From the IMG/VR virus record IMGVR_UViG_3300005681_000033, positions 102,784-166,783 of that record: a DNA stretch of 64,000 bases; one strand, 5' to 3'. The stretch is from a virus. Below the pieces are notes generated by a model, which saw nothing but the letters and a program-made list of their open reading frames with translations, ran no database searches and was not told where the DNA came from. The position numbers and the translations under genes are program-made. Shown one piece after another: positions 19,564 to 28,954 of the stretch. Every line of letters starts with the position of its first letter. The first letter of the stretch is position 1.

Positions 19564-20613
19564 ATGAGTAAAAATAAATGGATGAAAGAATTGAATCGAA
19601 TGGAAGGTGCGGTTGACCGTGAGTACAACCCATACCTTCTAGAAAATACAATTCAGACTGTTTCTCCAAGCTTAAATTGGACTTTCAGCAAGTCTGCTGG
19701 ACTTTCTTTTATGGAATTCCTGCTTCTTTGGGGTCAACCTAAAGCTGGTAAGTCAATTGTGTCAGATGCCTTTGTATCAGCCCTTCACGCGAAGGATAAG
19801 GATGCAATGGCTATGAAGTTTGACACAGAAATGCGTGAAATGGGTCACAAAGAGCCTTTTTGGAATATTGACGAAGAACGCTATCCAGTGTTTAATGCCA
19901 ATGAACCACAATTGATTTTTGACCGTTTGACTAAGGATGTATTTCCTATGGTTGAGGAGGGTATGCCTTTAAAATTAGTTATTATTGACTCCCTACAGGG
20001 TATTCAGGGTGTTAAGGCTGCAAATGCCGACTCAGTGACAGATCATCAAATGGGTGACCATGCCATGACAATCCAAAAGGGTTTGATGGCTATCTCTCCA
20101 TTCCTTCGACGTCACAAGATCGCTTTGATCGCAACAGCTCATGTCCGAGGCAACTTAGACGCTGGTATGTATGGACCTAAAGAGAAAATGGCCGGTGGAT
20201 GGCACCAAAAGCATAGTTTTGAGTATTACATGAAGGTTTCACGTGACAATTCAGCTGATGGTAAAAAAGATGCTCTTGGAAATGCTTTAGAAACAGACAC
20301 CAAAGATTTTAAAGACAAAGCAGAGAGAACGGGCCATAAAATCTATGTTGAGATGACAGAATCTTCTCGCGGAGTTGCTGGACGCTCTGGACAGTTCACA
20401 TTCGACTACAATAAGGGTATTGTGAACACAGAAGAAGAAATCTTAAAACTTTCTGTTAATATGGGTTTTATTGAACGACCAAATAATGTGACTTACATCA
20501 TGGGTGATAAAAACTTCAAGGGCAAGGAAGCCGTTTTAACTGAAATTCGCGATAATAAAGCTTTGCAAAAGAACCTTTTAGAAAGGATTTACGGCCAAGC
20601 CAAAGGTGAATAG
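19564..20613 (+). CDS. recA: RecA/UvsX-like recombinase
   Basis: Walker A WGQPKAGKS, FDTE, Walker B VIIDSL, GG loop, F.Y.KGI. Confidence 0.85.
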   Translation: MSKNKWMKELNRMEGAVDREYNPYLLENTIQTVSPSLNWTFSKSAGLSFMEFLLLWGQPKAGKSIVSDAFVSALHAKDKDAMAMKFDTEMREMGHKEPFWNIDEERYPVFNANEPQLIFDRLTKDVFPMVEEGMPLKLVIIDSLQGIQGVKAANADSVTDHQMGDHAMTIQKGLMAISPFLRRHKIALIATAHVRGNLDAGMYGPKEKMAGGWHQKHSFEYYMKVSRDNSADGKKDALGNALETDTKDFKDKAERTGHKIYVEMTESSRGVAGRSGQFTFDYNKGIVNTEEEILKLSVNMGFIERPNNVTYIMGDKNFKGKEAVLTEIRDNKALQKNLLERIYGQAKGE

Positions 20614-20840
20614 TGAAAGAAGATCTGCAACAGGCCATTCGAGACCTATTCTTTATGATTCTGGTTGAAATGGTCTGCACACCCCTTGGATTGTATACAT
20701 GGATTATTTTTGGTTTTCATTTAATCCATGTGGTAATTTTAGTAGCTTATGTGGCAGCCGTGGTACGTTTATTCAGTGCTGCCAATATTATTGTTAAATA
20801 TGTAAGACTTGTAAATAGCGAGAAAGACATGAGAAAATAA
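20613..20840 (+). CDS. Small membrane protein
   Basis: Two hydrophobic segments; GTG overlaps recA stop. Confidence 0.6.
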   Translation: MKEDLQQAIRDLFFMILVEMVCTPLGLYTWIIFGFHLIHVVILVAYVAAVVRLFSAANIIVKYVRLVNSEKDMRK

Positions 20841-20877
20841 CTTAGTTCTCAAAGTGAGATTGTGTTTAAATAATTAT

Positions 20878-20905
20878 TTGACTTCCGGTGAAGTTGTGTT
20901 ATTCT
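20878..20905 (+). promoter_or_regulatory. sigma70-type promoter
   Basis: TTGACT-16nt-TATTCT with TGTG extension; AGGAGG RBS. Confidence 0.65.
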
Positions 20906-20939
20906 ATTATCACAACAACAAATTACCTAGGAGGGTAAG

Positions 20940-21899
20940 ATGGCTCATGAAGTAGAACAAATGTTATTTGTAGGCGAAGCACCTTGGCACAAACTTGGTC
21001 GCAGATTTGAAATGCCACCTTCATTAGAAGAAGCTTTGGTTGCTGCTGGTCTTGACTGGAAAGTTACAACAGAACCTTTATTTTCAGCTGCTCAAGAAGA
21101 AGTTGACGCTCTTTTAACACGTCGCTCTTCAGATAATAGTATCCTTGGCGTTGTAGGTCCTAATTACACTCCCCTACAAAACACAGAAGCTTTTGAATTT
21201 TTCCGTCCATTCCTTGATGAAAAAGCTGCTGCTATCGAAACAGCTGGTTCATTAAGACATGGAAAAAGAGTTTGGATTTTGGCTAAAATTAACCGTGACC
21301 CAATGGTTATTAAAGGAAATGACGTTGTTGATAAATACGTTCTTCTTTCAAATAGCCATGATGGTACACTAGCAGTTCGTGTAGGTTTCACACCTATCCG
21401 TGTTGTATGTAACAATACACTTTCTATGTCTTTGACTTCTAAAGCTTCTCAATTGATTCGTGTTAAACACACTAAAAATGTGGTTCAGAATCTTGAGAAT
21501 ATCCAAGAAATCATGAACATGGCTGATGCTGAGTTCCAAGCAACTGCTGAACAGTATCGTTTTTTAACTTCAAAAGAAATTAACCATAAAGATCTTGAGA
21601 AGTATGTTAAGATTGTATTCAACACCACTGCTAAGCTTGCTGAAGTCAATGGTGACCTGTCAAGTTTAAGCAACAAAAGAATCCTTGAGTCAGTTATCCC
21701 ATTGTTCGAAAAAGGACGTGGAAATGACATGAAAGAGATTCGTGGTACTTACTGGGCAGCCTATAACGCTGTTAATGAGTATCTTCAATACGAAAGAGGT
21801 GAAGAAAACTCTACTCGTATGGACAGTATGTGGTTTGGCGACAGTGCTGCCAAAAACAAGAAAGCATTAGACACAGCCCTAATCTTGGCGGCTGCTTAA
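20940..21899 (+). CDS. DUF932 (phage/plasmid LGT family) protein
   Basis: PWHKLG, AGLDW.V, QN.EAFEF, ETAGSL..GKRVW, NSHDG, PIRVVCNNT, GTYW.AYNAV. Confidence 0.9.
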   Translation: MAHEVEQMLFVGEAPWHKLGRRFEMPPSLEEALVAAGLDWKVTTEPLFSAAQEEVDALLTRRSSDNSILGVVGPNYTPLQNTEAFEFFRPFLDEKAAAIETAGSLRHGKRVWILAKINRDPMVIKGNDVVDKYVLLSNSHDGTLAVRVGFTPIRVVCNNTLSMSLTSKASQLIRVKHTKNVVQNLENIQEIMNMADAEFQATAEQYRFLTSKEINHKDLEKYVKIVFNTTAKLAEVNGDLSSLSNKRILESVIPLFEKGRGNDMKEIRGTYWAAYNAVNEYLQYERGEENSTRMDSMWFGDSAAKNKKALDTALILAAA

Positions 21900-21911
21900 T
21901 TAACCCCCCAT

Positions 21912-21952
21912 GGGTCCGGCTACCCCCCCCTTAAAGCCGGACCCTCCTTTTT
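21912..21952 (+). terminator. GC-rich hairpin, probable terminator
   Basis: 10-bp stem GGGTCCGGCT/AGCCGGACCC with C8-containing loop, then TCCTTTTT. Confidence 0.6.
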
Positions 21953-21961
21953 GGAGGATTT

Positions 21962-22231
21962 ATGAAATGGCTTATTTTGACACTCTTATCTCTTCAAGCA
22001 AATGCCCAAGCTTCCATTCCCAAACAAAACGATCGCCTAATTAAATTTATTAAAACTGAGTGTGATTTTCTCAATACGAGAATTTCATTTGACAAACGTA
22101 TGGATTGTGTGACAGACTATCTTAACTGCGCTATTGTTGGTTCCGGTGATGTAGACCTGGACCAAATGTTAAGCAAAGAATGCTTGAAAGCAGCAGCTAA
22201 AAGGAGAGAAAATGCACAACTTCAAGACTAA
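21962..22231 (+). CDS. Small exported Cys-containing protein
   Basis: Signal peptide MKWLILTLLSLQANA; 4 Cys; GGAGG RBS. Confidence 0.65.
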   Translation: MKWLILTLLSLQANAQASIPKQNDRLIKFIKTECDFLNTRISFDKRMDCVTDYLNCAIVGSGDVDLDQMLSKECLKAAAKRRENAQLQD

Positions 22232-22529
22232 AGTAAACTTAGAACTTTACATAGAAAATCTTAACAACTACGACCTTGTAACAAAAGAAGTAGAAGTTAA
22301 TTGGAATTTGGAATTTGAAATGCGTGATTCTGGTGTTAAAAGCTTTATCATCACAGTTCCAGAACAAAAAATCAACGTAGATATTAATGTTTGGGGTGAG
22401 CAAGAAGATGAACAAAAAACATTGACTTTCAAACTGGACAATGTTAAGATCGAAAAGAATGAAGGTCGTGAAATGATCATCCCCTCTTCTTTAGAGTTTT
22501 TTAAAGAGAAATGGACATTGGTGTTTTAA
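22212..22529 (+). CDS. Hypothetical protein
   Basis: AGGAG RBS. Confidence 0.7.
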   Translation: MHNFKTKVNLELYIENLNNYDLVTKEVEVNWNLEFEMRDSGVKSFIITVPEQKINVDINVWGEQEDEQKTLTFKLDNVKIEKNEGREMIIPSSLEFFKEKWTLVF

Positions 22530-22888
22530 TGAGTGCTGATTTTGAAACCAAATACGCTGAAGTAACCATCAACACTGACGACGCACACAGCGAATACAAT
22601 GGCTATATCGCTGTCAGATTTAATCCAGATGGTGCCAAATATCAATTCTTTGCAGAAGCTTACTATATTTCTATCTCTAACGATATTATTTCCTTGTTAA
22701 ATCGAGAAGATATGAATGAATACCATCCACAAGTTAATTTTCCTAAAACATACAACTCACAAAATGTTAGATTTGATGATTGGACTATCAGTGTTGAATT
22801 GGCTAGTATCAAAGATACCATCTTTGGCCCTGACATTGTTCAAATTGTTAAGAAATACGAAAAAGAATATGATGCAAAAGTAGGTTGA
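22529..22888 (+). CDS. Hypothetical protein
   Basis: TAATG coupling. Confidence 0.65.
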   Translation: MSADFETKYAEVTINTDDAHSEYNGYIAVRFNPDGAKYQFFAEAYYISISNDIISLLNREDMNEYHPQVNFPKTYNSQNVRFDDWTISVELASIKDTIFGPDIVQIVKKYEKEYDAKVG

Positions 22889-23710
22889 ATGAAAAAAGGT
22901 GATTCTCTTGGCGACCGCATGAAAGAACAGTACGAAAACCGTACTCGTTACAATCTACCGCGTCGAACATATACAATTATTAGAGTTGACGGTAAGGCAT
23001 TTCATACTTTCACGAAAGGTTTTGACAAGCCATTTGATAAAGATCTTATGGACGTCATGGATTTGGTTGCAAAGACACTTTGTGAAGAAATCCAAGGTGC
23101 AAGAATGGCTTATGTCCAGTCAGATGAAATCTCGATTTTATTAACCGACTTTGAAACCCCACAGACGGAAGCTTGGTTCAATGGAAATCTTCAAAAAATG
23201 GTGTCTATCTCTGCAGCCATTGCAACGGCTAAATTCAATGACTGTATTGTTGATGAAGTAATGTTTAAAAAGAATGCTAAGTTTCACAAGCCAGATCTTG
23301 CCTTGTTTGACTCTCGTGTTTTCACTATTTCTGACCCTATCGAAGTGGAAAATTATTTTATTTGGCGTCAACAAGACGCTACTAGAAACAGCATCCAGAT
23401 GGCAGCAAGGGCTTTGTACAGCCATAAACAATGTGACAACAAAAACACTTCCGAACTACAAGAAATGTGTTTTCAAAAAGGTGTTAATTGGAATGATTAC
23501 TCAGCTCGTGAAAAACGCGGTGGATGGGTAATTAAAAAATCAACTGGTGTTGTGGTCGATACAGACCCACCAATTAAAGTTAGGGGATGGTTAGTGGAAG
23601 GATCACCCTTATTTACAGCAGAACGTAAACTTTTGAGGGCTCAAATCCCTCGAATTCTCACAGAGGAAGTGGAAAATGGCAAATCAGAAGACGAAAAAAC
23701 CGAATTTTAA
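22889..23710 (+). CDS. tRNA(His) guanylyltransferase / Thg1-like 3'-5' polymerase
   Basis: LGDRMK..YE, IIRVDGKAFHTFT, YVQSDEIS, FDSR, WRQQDATRNSI, KGVNW. Confidence 0.92.
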   Translation: MKKGDSLGDRMKEQYENRTRYNLPRRTYTIIRVDGKAFHTFTKGFDKPFDKDLMDVMDLVAKTLCEEIQGARMAYVQSDEISILLTDFETPQTEAWFNGNLQKMVSISAAIATAKFNDCIVDEVMFKKNAKFHKPDLALFDSRVFTISDPIEVENYFIWRQQDATRNSIQMAARALYSHKQCDNKNTSELQEMCFQKGVNWNDYSAREKRGGWVIKKSTGVVVDTDPPIKVRGWLVEGSPLFTAERKLLRAQIPRILTEEVENGKSEDEKTEF

Positions 23711-24578
23711 GGATGATTTTGAACTCCTTTATCTAAGACATGAATACATGGATACCATCAACAAGGCTTCTAAGAAATTAGACCCCAGTATGGTTGCCAA
23801 ATATGCTGGAATTGTAAACACAACAGCTAAAATTATGTATTCGAAGTTCAAACACAACTTTGTACAAGTTGGTTTTGATGTCTATGACGTAATTGCAGTC
23901 ACAAATCTATACATGCTTTATTACATGAGCTTATATAGCATGAAAAATAATCCAGAATTCATGGAAAGAATGCTTAGCAAACGAACCAAGGCTACCCCGG
24001 AAAGTGAAGTGGAGAGAATTGAGAGAAATCATTTAATTAGCTTCCTTAGACAGAGATTGCAACAATTTTCTGTTGTTTGTAGTCGTAAGGCTCGAAATAT
24101 CACCGTTGATAGCGAAAAACGTGCCTTTTTTGCAGCCACTGAAAATAGTCGCGATGTTGCCAAAGAGCTTGTATTTGAAAATCCTAAGAAGTATGACTAT
24201 AGACGCCTAACCACCAAAGAATTCAAGGAAGCTAGGTTGCGTGCTCGTATGGCTCAAACTACGGAGTTAACTGACCAATATGGTTTTAAAATTATTAAAA
24301 TGGAAAAAGCCAACCTTGGAATCAGCGAATATGACTATCAACTTTTAACTGAGGAAAACCAGGGTGAGTTTTATCTAACTCCTGAAAAAAGCCTGGAAAA
24401 ACAAGAAGATGATGATCGATTTGAAAACATCAAATTTCAATTTAACAGTTTAAATCAGGATGAAAAGAGACAAGTTCTTTTAAATTTTATCCAAGACGCA
24501 GAAAGAGACAAGCATTTAAAGTCTGAAATTAAGCTTGCAAAACAGATTTTGGAACAAGATTGTGGTATTATGCTATAG
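23676..24578 (+). CDS. Divergent sigma70-like factor
   Basis: KYAGIVNTTAK...GFDVYDVI (region 2.1/2.2-like), LISFLRQRL...RKARNI (2.3/2.4-like), TPEKSLE...NSLNQDEKRQVL (3.2/4.1-like). Confidence 0.45.
   Translation: MANQKTKKPNFKDDFELLYLRHEYMDTINKASKKLDPSMVAKYAGIVNTTAKIMYSKFKHNFVQVGFDVYDVIAVTNLYMLYYMSLYSMKNNPEFMERMLSKRTKATPESEVERIERNHLISFLRQRLQQFSVVCSRKARNITVDSEKRAFFAATENSRDVAKELVFENPKKYDYRRLTTKEFKEARLRARMAQTTELTDQYGFKIIKMEKANLGISEYDYQLLTEENQGEFYLTPEKSLEKQEDDDRFENIKFQFNSLNQDEKRQVLLNFIQDAERDKHLKSEIKLAKQILEQDCGIML
24561..24571 (+). promoter_or_regulatory. Extended -10 promoter TGTGGTATTAT, probably leaderless transcript
   Basis: 7 nt before ATG 24579, no SD sequence. Confidence 0.6.
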
Positions 24579-25061
24579 ATGGACTACACTTCAATTCTTC
24601 AACAATTTAAGAAAGACAGGGTAAGGGCTGGAGAACACATGACCCTCAGTCTATTGCCGTTTTTATTTCTTGAATTGGAGAAAGTCGGATTTACCCAGGA
24701 AAGTTTAAATACAGATTTTTACAAAAATGCTATTTCTATACTTTTTGAAGGCGAATCGGCAAGTGTACATTCGTATGTGTTGGAAGATATGTTTGCGTAT
24801 GCAGAAAGACTTCCGATTAAAAAACAAGAAATCGAACAGAAAAAAGAAGAACCCAGGAAACAGCAACCAACAGCAACATTTACAGGGCAAATTATTACTA
24901 CAGAACATTTAGTGAATAATATTCCAGACGAATCCGAAGAGGACGATGGTCTTTCTACTCCCATTGAAGATGTTATTAATTTAAACCCTGAAGATTTTGC
25001 TGATTACGAAATGGATTGGGATTTTGCTGAATCTGTAGGACTGCAAAGGCCGAAAAAATGA
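24579..25061 (+). CDS. Hypothetical protein with acidic C-terminus
   Basis: ORF coupled to the helicase gene (ATGA). Confidence 0.7.
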   Translation: MDYTSILQQFKKDRVRAGEHMTLSLLPFLFLELEKVGFTQESLNTDFYKNAISILFEGESASVHSYVLEDMFAYAERLPIKKQEIEQKKEEPRKQQPTATFTGQIITTEHLVNNIPDESEEDDGLSTPIEDVINLNPEDFADYEMDWDFAESVGLQRPKK

Positions 25062-26134
25062 GTAAACAGGACGTTTCACAGATCTTAGGACCTGAGGTAA
25101 TCGCAGACCTCAATAAAAAGAAGTCAGAACTTGAAAAAGCTCGTATTGAAACGCAACACGAACAGCTTCAAGAGCAACGTAGAGAATTGGAAATGCTTTC
25201 GTCATTTGACTTAAGCAAAAATGACGCTGATTACATCACCGCTTTGGCCAAAAGTAGCACCGATTATTTAATGAAGGCTAAAAAATCAAAGGTTTTTTTA
25301 AATAGCCACTTCAAGGGTAAGGTTCCACTATTTCCACGCAATCTTATCTTACTTGGTGCAGAAACAGGAACTGGAAAGTCCACCATTTCTGCTAACTTAA
25401 CATACAATGCCCTAATGCAGGGCCAAAAGGTCCTAGTTTTAACAAACGAAGAACATCCAGCCGATGTTTACAATCGTATTTCAAGTTTAATTAAGGGCTG
25501 GTACTATGGTGATCACGAAAACTTTACCCCAGAGCAGATTGAGTTCTTTGAGCAGAATATCGAACGTTTAAGTAAGAAACTCACTGTTGTTGGTGATAAC
25601 TACCGTGGTATGACTAGCTGCACCACCTCTATCGAAGGAATTGAGTCTGTCTTAAACAACGCCTTGATTAAAAATGCTGAATTTGATCTTATTATCCTAG
25701 ATTATTATCAAAATGTCGACAAATCTGTTAAAGTTCCAGGTATGGCTGATTGGCAGGTTCAGTACAGATTGTGTAAATTTCTCGATCAATATAAAAACAT
25801 GACAAATGCGGCTATTGTTGTCCTTGCACAGAAAAAAGAAGGCAATAAGGATAAAGAATTGCCTTTTAAAGAAGCTATTGAGGGTAGAAAGACAATTGTC
25901 AACGTTTCCACTTGTGCAATTAATGTCATCAAGGATGCGGAACTATCTCGCACGATTTTTGAAATCAAAAAATCTAGATTTAACTCTTGCATTGGCGAGA
26001 AAATTTATGTAGGATTTTCTAAGGGTAAGTATGTTGAGTACACCGATGAATTTAAGAATGAAGCTATGATTAGAAAAGAAGAAAAGGCACGAAACGAGCG
26101 AATGGGTGGAATTAACCCAAAAAACGGAGGATAA
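25058..26134 (+). CDS. DnaB-like (SF4) replicative helicase
   Basis: LILLGAETGTGKST, TNEE, ILDYYQ, VLAQ, KKSRF. Confidence 0.8.
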   Translation: MSKQDVSQILGPEVIADLNKKKSELEKARIETQHEQLQEQRRELEMLSSFDLSKNDADYITALAKSSTDYLMKAKKSKVFLNSHFKGKVPLFPRNLILLGAETGTGKSTISANLTYNALMQGQKVLVLTNEEHPADVYNRISSLIKGWYYGDHENFTPEQIEFFEQNIERLSKKLTVVGDNYRGMTSCTTSIEGIESVLNNALIKNAEFDLIILDYYQNVDKSVKVPGMADWQVQYRLCKFLDQYKNMTNAAIVVLAQKKEGNKDKELPFKEAIEGRKTIVNVSTCAINVIKDAELSRTIFEIKKSRFNSCIGEKIYVGFSKGKYVEYTDEFKNEAMIRKEEKARNERMGGINPKNGG

Positions 26135-26135
26135 G

Positions 26136-26492
26136 ATGATGTTTGTACAACCTAAACCTGGTTTTTTAAAGCTATTGGTATTAAAAACCATTACTTTGGT
26201 TCAAAAAACACTTTTAAAGCTTGATGATCAAGAAGATATGAGCTTAGGAGAATCGAAGACTACAAAGCTCTACTACAAACTAGCAAAAGTCCATTTTAAA
26301 TTATATTTCGGAACAGATTTGGTTGAAGAAATCCTTAACAATACAGAAAATGCTCATTTGGCTACAAAAAGACACAGTCGTCTTGTTGTGAGTGCTCTTT
26401 ATAAAAATTCATCGAGTATGAGAAAAAAGATTATTCGCTCCGCTGCCAGAGGCTCATTTAGAAAGAATTTGATTTTAGAAACTCCACTATGA
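26136..26492 (+). CDS. Hypothetical protein
   Basis: GGAGG RBS. Confidence 0.6.
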   Translation: MMFVQPKPGFLKLLVLKTITLVQKTLLKLDDQEDMSLGESKTTKLYYKLAKVHFKLYFGTDLVEEILNNTENAHLATKRHSRLVVSALYKNSSSMRKKIIRSAARGSFRKNLILETPL

Positions 26493-27370
26493 AAGAATTA
26501 ACGGCTAATTTTTTAAGCCTATTGTTTGAGCCTGGTGAAACGATCAGTGTCTCTCATAACAAATATGGCTACCATAGCATTAATCAAGAAGACCTTAATG
26601 GTCCATTTGTGCTTACGTCTCCTAATCCAGACATTAAGCCGGTGACAATTGAGGAAAGTGACATTAATCTGATCTCGATTAATCCAGTCAATGGATTTAG
26701 ACGAGATGAAAACGTCACGTCTTTTAGATCTTTTATGGTTGAAATTGATACTGGCACACTAGAAGAGCAGAAGAAATACATTGATGATTCAAAATTGCCA
26801 CATTCAGCTTGTATTTTTTCTGGAAACAAATCTCTTCACTATGCCATTGTGTTAGATGAACCGCTTCCGTCAATTGCGATGTGGAGGTTTTACAACCAAT
26901 GGATGCTAAATGTTTTAAAAGGAACTGACCAGCAGATCAAGAATCCAACTAGATCGATCCGTTTTCCTGGCAATAAGCGAAAAAACGGTAGACAATTGGT
27001 TCAAGCGTTGGTTTCGATGGGTGGAAGGGTATCACAAGCTGATTTCTTTAAATGGCTTGATAGCTTTCCAGATACAAAACCTGTCAAAAGAGAAGAGCGT
27101 ATTATTTCAGGTGATTTAATCACCGGATTGCCGTTGTGGTCTAAGCTTCCTAAGGATGTTACCGAGCAATTGGAGCGAGGTGTTAGTGAAAGTAGGAATG
27201 CCACTTGGTTTTACATCGGCTGTAGATGTGCAGAGATAGGATTTGATTATAATTCAACTGTTGCTCACCTAGAACAGTATTTTCAAGACGAAAGAGATTT
27301 TGGTAGACGTGAATGGATTGGCTGTTTGAAGTCTGCTTACAAGAGAATTAATGGAGAGAACTATGTCTAA
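26489..27370 (+). CDS. AEP-superfamily primase with PriCT-like C-terminus
   Basis: VEID, FSGNKSLH, RSIRFPG, RNATWF...E...CLKSAY. Confidence 0.75.
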   Translation: MKELTANFLSLLFEPGETISVSHNKYGYHSINQEDLNGPFVLTSPNPDIKPVTIEESDINLISINPVNGFRRDENVTSFRSFMVEIDTGTLEEQKKYIDDSKLPHSACIFSGNKSLHYAIVLDEPLPSIAMWRFYNQWMLNVLKGTDQQIKNPTRSIRFPGNKRKNGRQLVQALVSMGGRVSQADFFKWLDSFPDTKPVKREERIISGDLITGLPLWSKLPKDVTEQLERGVSESRNATWFYIGCRCAEIGFDYNSTVAHLEQYFQDERDFGRREWIGCLKSAYKRINGENYV

Positions 27371-27977
27371 AAGAATTAACAGAGATGACGTAGATAAGTT
27401 ATACGATTACGACCTATACATCCCCTCACGGACAATTTACATGGGGTCCACTGAATCAAGCCTAGAATTTGGCGAATCAGGTGTTGAAACGACCATGGCC
27501 GAGAGAATCATCAAAGCCTTGTTGTTACTTGACCAGAAAAATGAACCAATTACCATCATTATGAATAACCCCGGTGGTGACTGGTATCATGGTATGGCAA
27601 TTTATGACGCTATTAAAGGCTGTCAATCTCATGTTACCATCAAGGTTTATGGTATGGCCATGAGTATGGGTGCTGTTATTCTTCAAGCTGCTGATAAACG
27701 TGTCATGGCTCCAAATGCGCGATTTATGGTCCATTACGGTTCTCAGGCTATGCGTGAGGTTCATGCAAAAGTGTTTGAAAGTTGGGGAGAAGAAAGTAAA
27801 AAGCTTAATATTGAAATGGAAAATATCTTTTTAGCTAAAATTCGTGAAAAACACCCTGAATTCAAATTAGGTGCCTTGAAAAAGTATCTTGACTATGACA
27901 CAATTTGGTCAGCTAAAGAGACCATCAATATGGGCTTGGCCGACGCCATCGTAGGAGAGGAAGAAGAACATGGATAA
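27363..27977 (+). CDS. clpP: ClpP-like protease
   Basis: RTIYM, IIMNNPGG, GMAIYD, GMAMSMG, FMVH, SAKE...GLAD. Confidence 0.9.
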   Translation: MSKRINRDDVDKLYDYDLYIPSRTIYMGSTESSLEFGESGVETTMAERIIKALLLLDQKNEPITIIMNNPGGDWYHGMAIYDAIKGCQSHVTIKVYGMAMSMGAVILQAADKRVMAPNARFMVHYGSQAMREVHAKVFESWGEESKKLNIEMENIFLAKIREKHPEFKLGALKKYLDYDTIWSAKETINMGLADAIVGEEEEHG

Positions 27978-28476
27978 TATTATGTTTACAATCTTTACAG
28001 TAGGGATTGTTTTGGGTATGTTGGTCAAATTCTTTCTTGGTGGACTTGAAAAAGCCATCCTCCACGTTAAATTTATTCGAGAACAAAACAAAAAATTCAA
28101 TGAATTACAGAAAAAAGTAGACGAAATGAAGGCTAGTGGTGATATGCACCAATGGATGACGATGGTGATTATGGGTCAAGAAGTGATGGTCTGTGAGAAA
28201 ACCGGCTGGGCTCCTTCACTTAATGGTTTTCTTCCAATGCACATGATTGAGGCGTACAAAAAAGAATCAAATGCCGCCAAAGAATATGAACAATTTAGAA
28301 ACGCTCGTATTCAATTGATCGCCAGTGAAAATCAAATGACTATTCCACAAGTTGAAAGACTAGTAGAGCAGGTTTTTTCAATCAAAAAAGATTTCACATT
28401 ACAGCGCATTGAAAAACTCCAAAAAGAAATGGAAGACAAAGCATCGGCGGTGTTGAATGGACAACAATCTAATTAA
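27970..28476 (+). CDS. Membrane-anchored hypothetical protein
   Basis: N-terminal hydrophobic helix. Confidence 0.65.
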   Translation: MDNIMFTIFTVGIVLGMLVKFFLGGLEKAILHVKFIREQNKKFNELQKKVDEMKASGDMHQWMTMVIMGQEVMVCEKTGWAPSLNGFLPMHMIEAYKKESNAAKEYEQFRNARIQLIASENQMTIPQVERLVEQVFSIKKDFTLQRIEKLQKEMEDKASAVLNGQQSN

Positions 28477-28954
28477 ACTAACCCAAAATAAAACAGCCAT
28501 TGTAGATTCTGTAGATTATGAAAAATTAAATCAATTTTCTTGGTCTGCTCATCAAGAAAATAATACTTATTATGCAGTTACTTCAATTTTACAAGAAAAT
28601 GGAAAATATAAACAATTTCGTATGCATCGAATGATCTTAGGAATTAATAATTCAAAAATTAAAATAGATCATAAAAATGGAAATGGATTGGACAATAGAA
28701 AAGAAAATTTAAGAATGGCCTCAACAGCAGAAAATGCAAGGAATTTAAATAAAAAGTCATCAAATAATACGTCTGGATATAGAGGCGTCTCTTTTTCCAA
28801 GAGACACAAAAATAAACCTTGGATGGGACGTATTAAATTTAATGGAAAATTGATTCACCTGGGATATTTTTTTACCGCAGAAGAAGCAGCAAAAGCTTTT
28901 GATAAAAAAGCAGTTGAATTATTTGGAGAATTTTGTGGCAGACTTAATTTTTAA
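28457..28954 (+). mobile_element. HNH-AP2 homing endonuclease gene
   Basis: MHRMIL, IDHKNGNGLDNRKENLR, NTSGYRGV, HLGYF.TAEEAAKAFD; very AT-rich. Confidence 0.9.

Noticed and set aside
4667-20613. Inteins or group I introns in nrdA/nrdB, dnaE, recA
   Set aside because: ORFs are uninterrupted, of normal size, and lack intein C...HN or LAGLIDADG motifs; the endonuclease genes lie between genes
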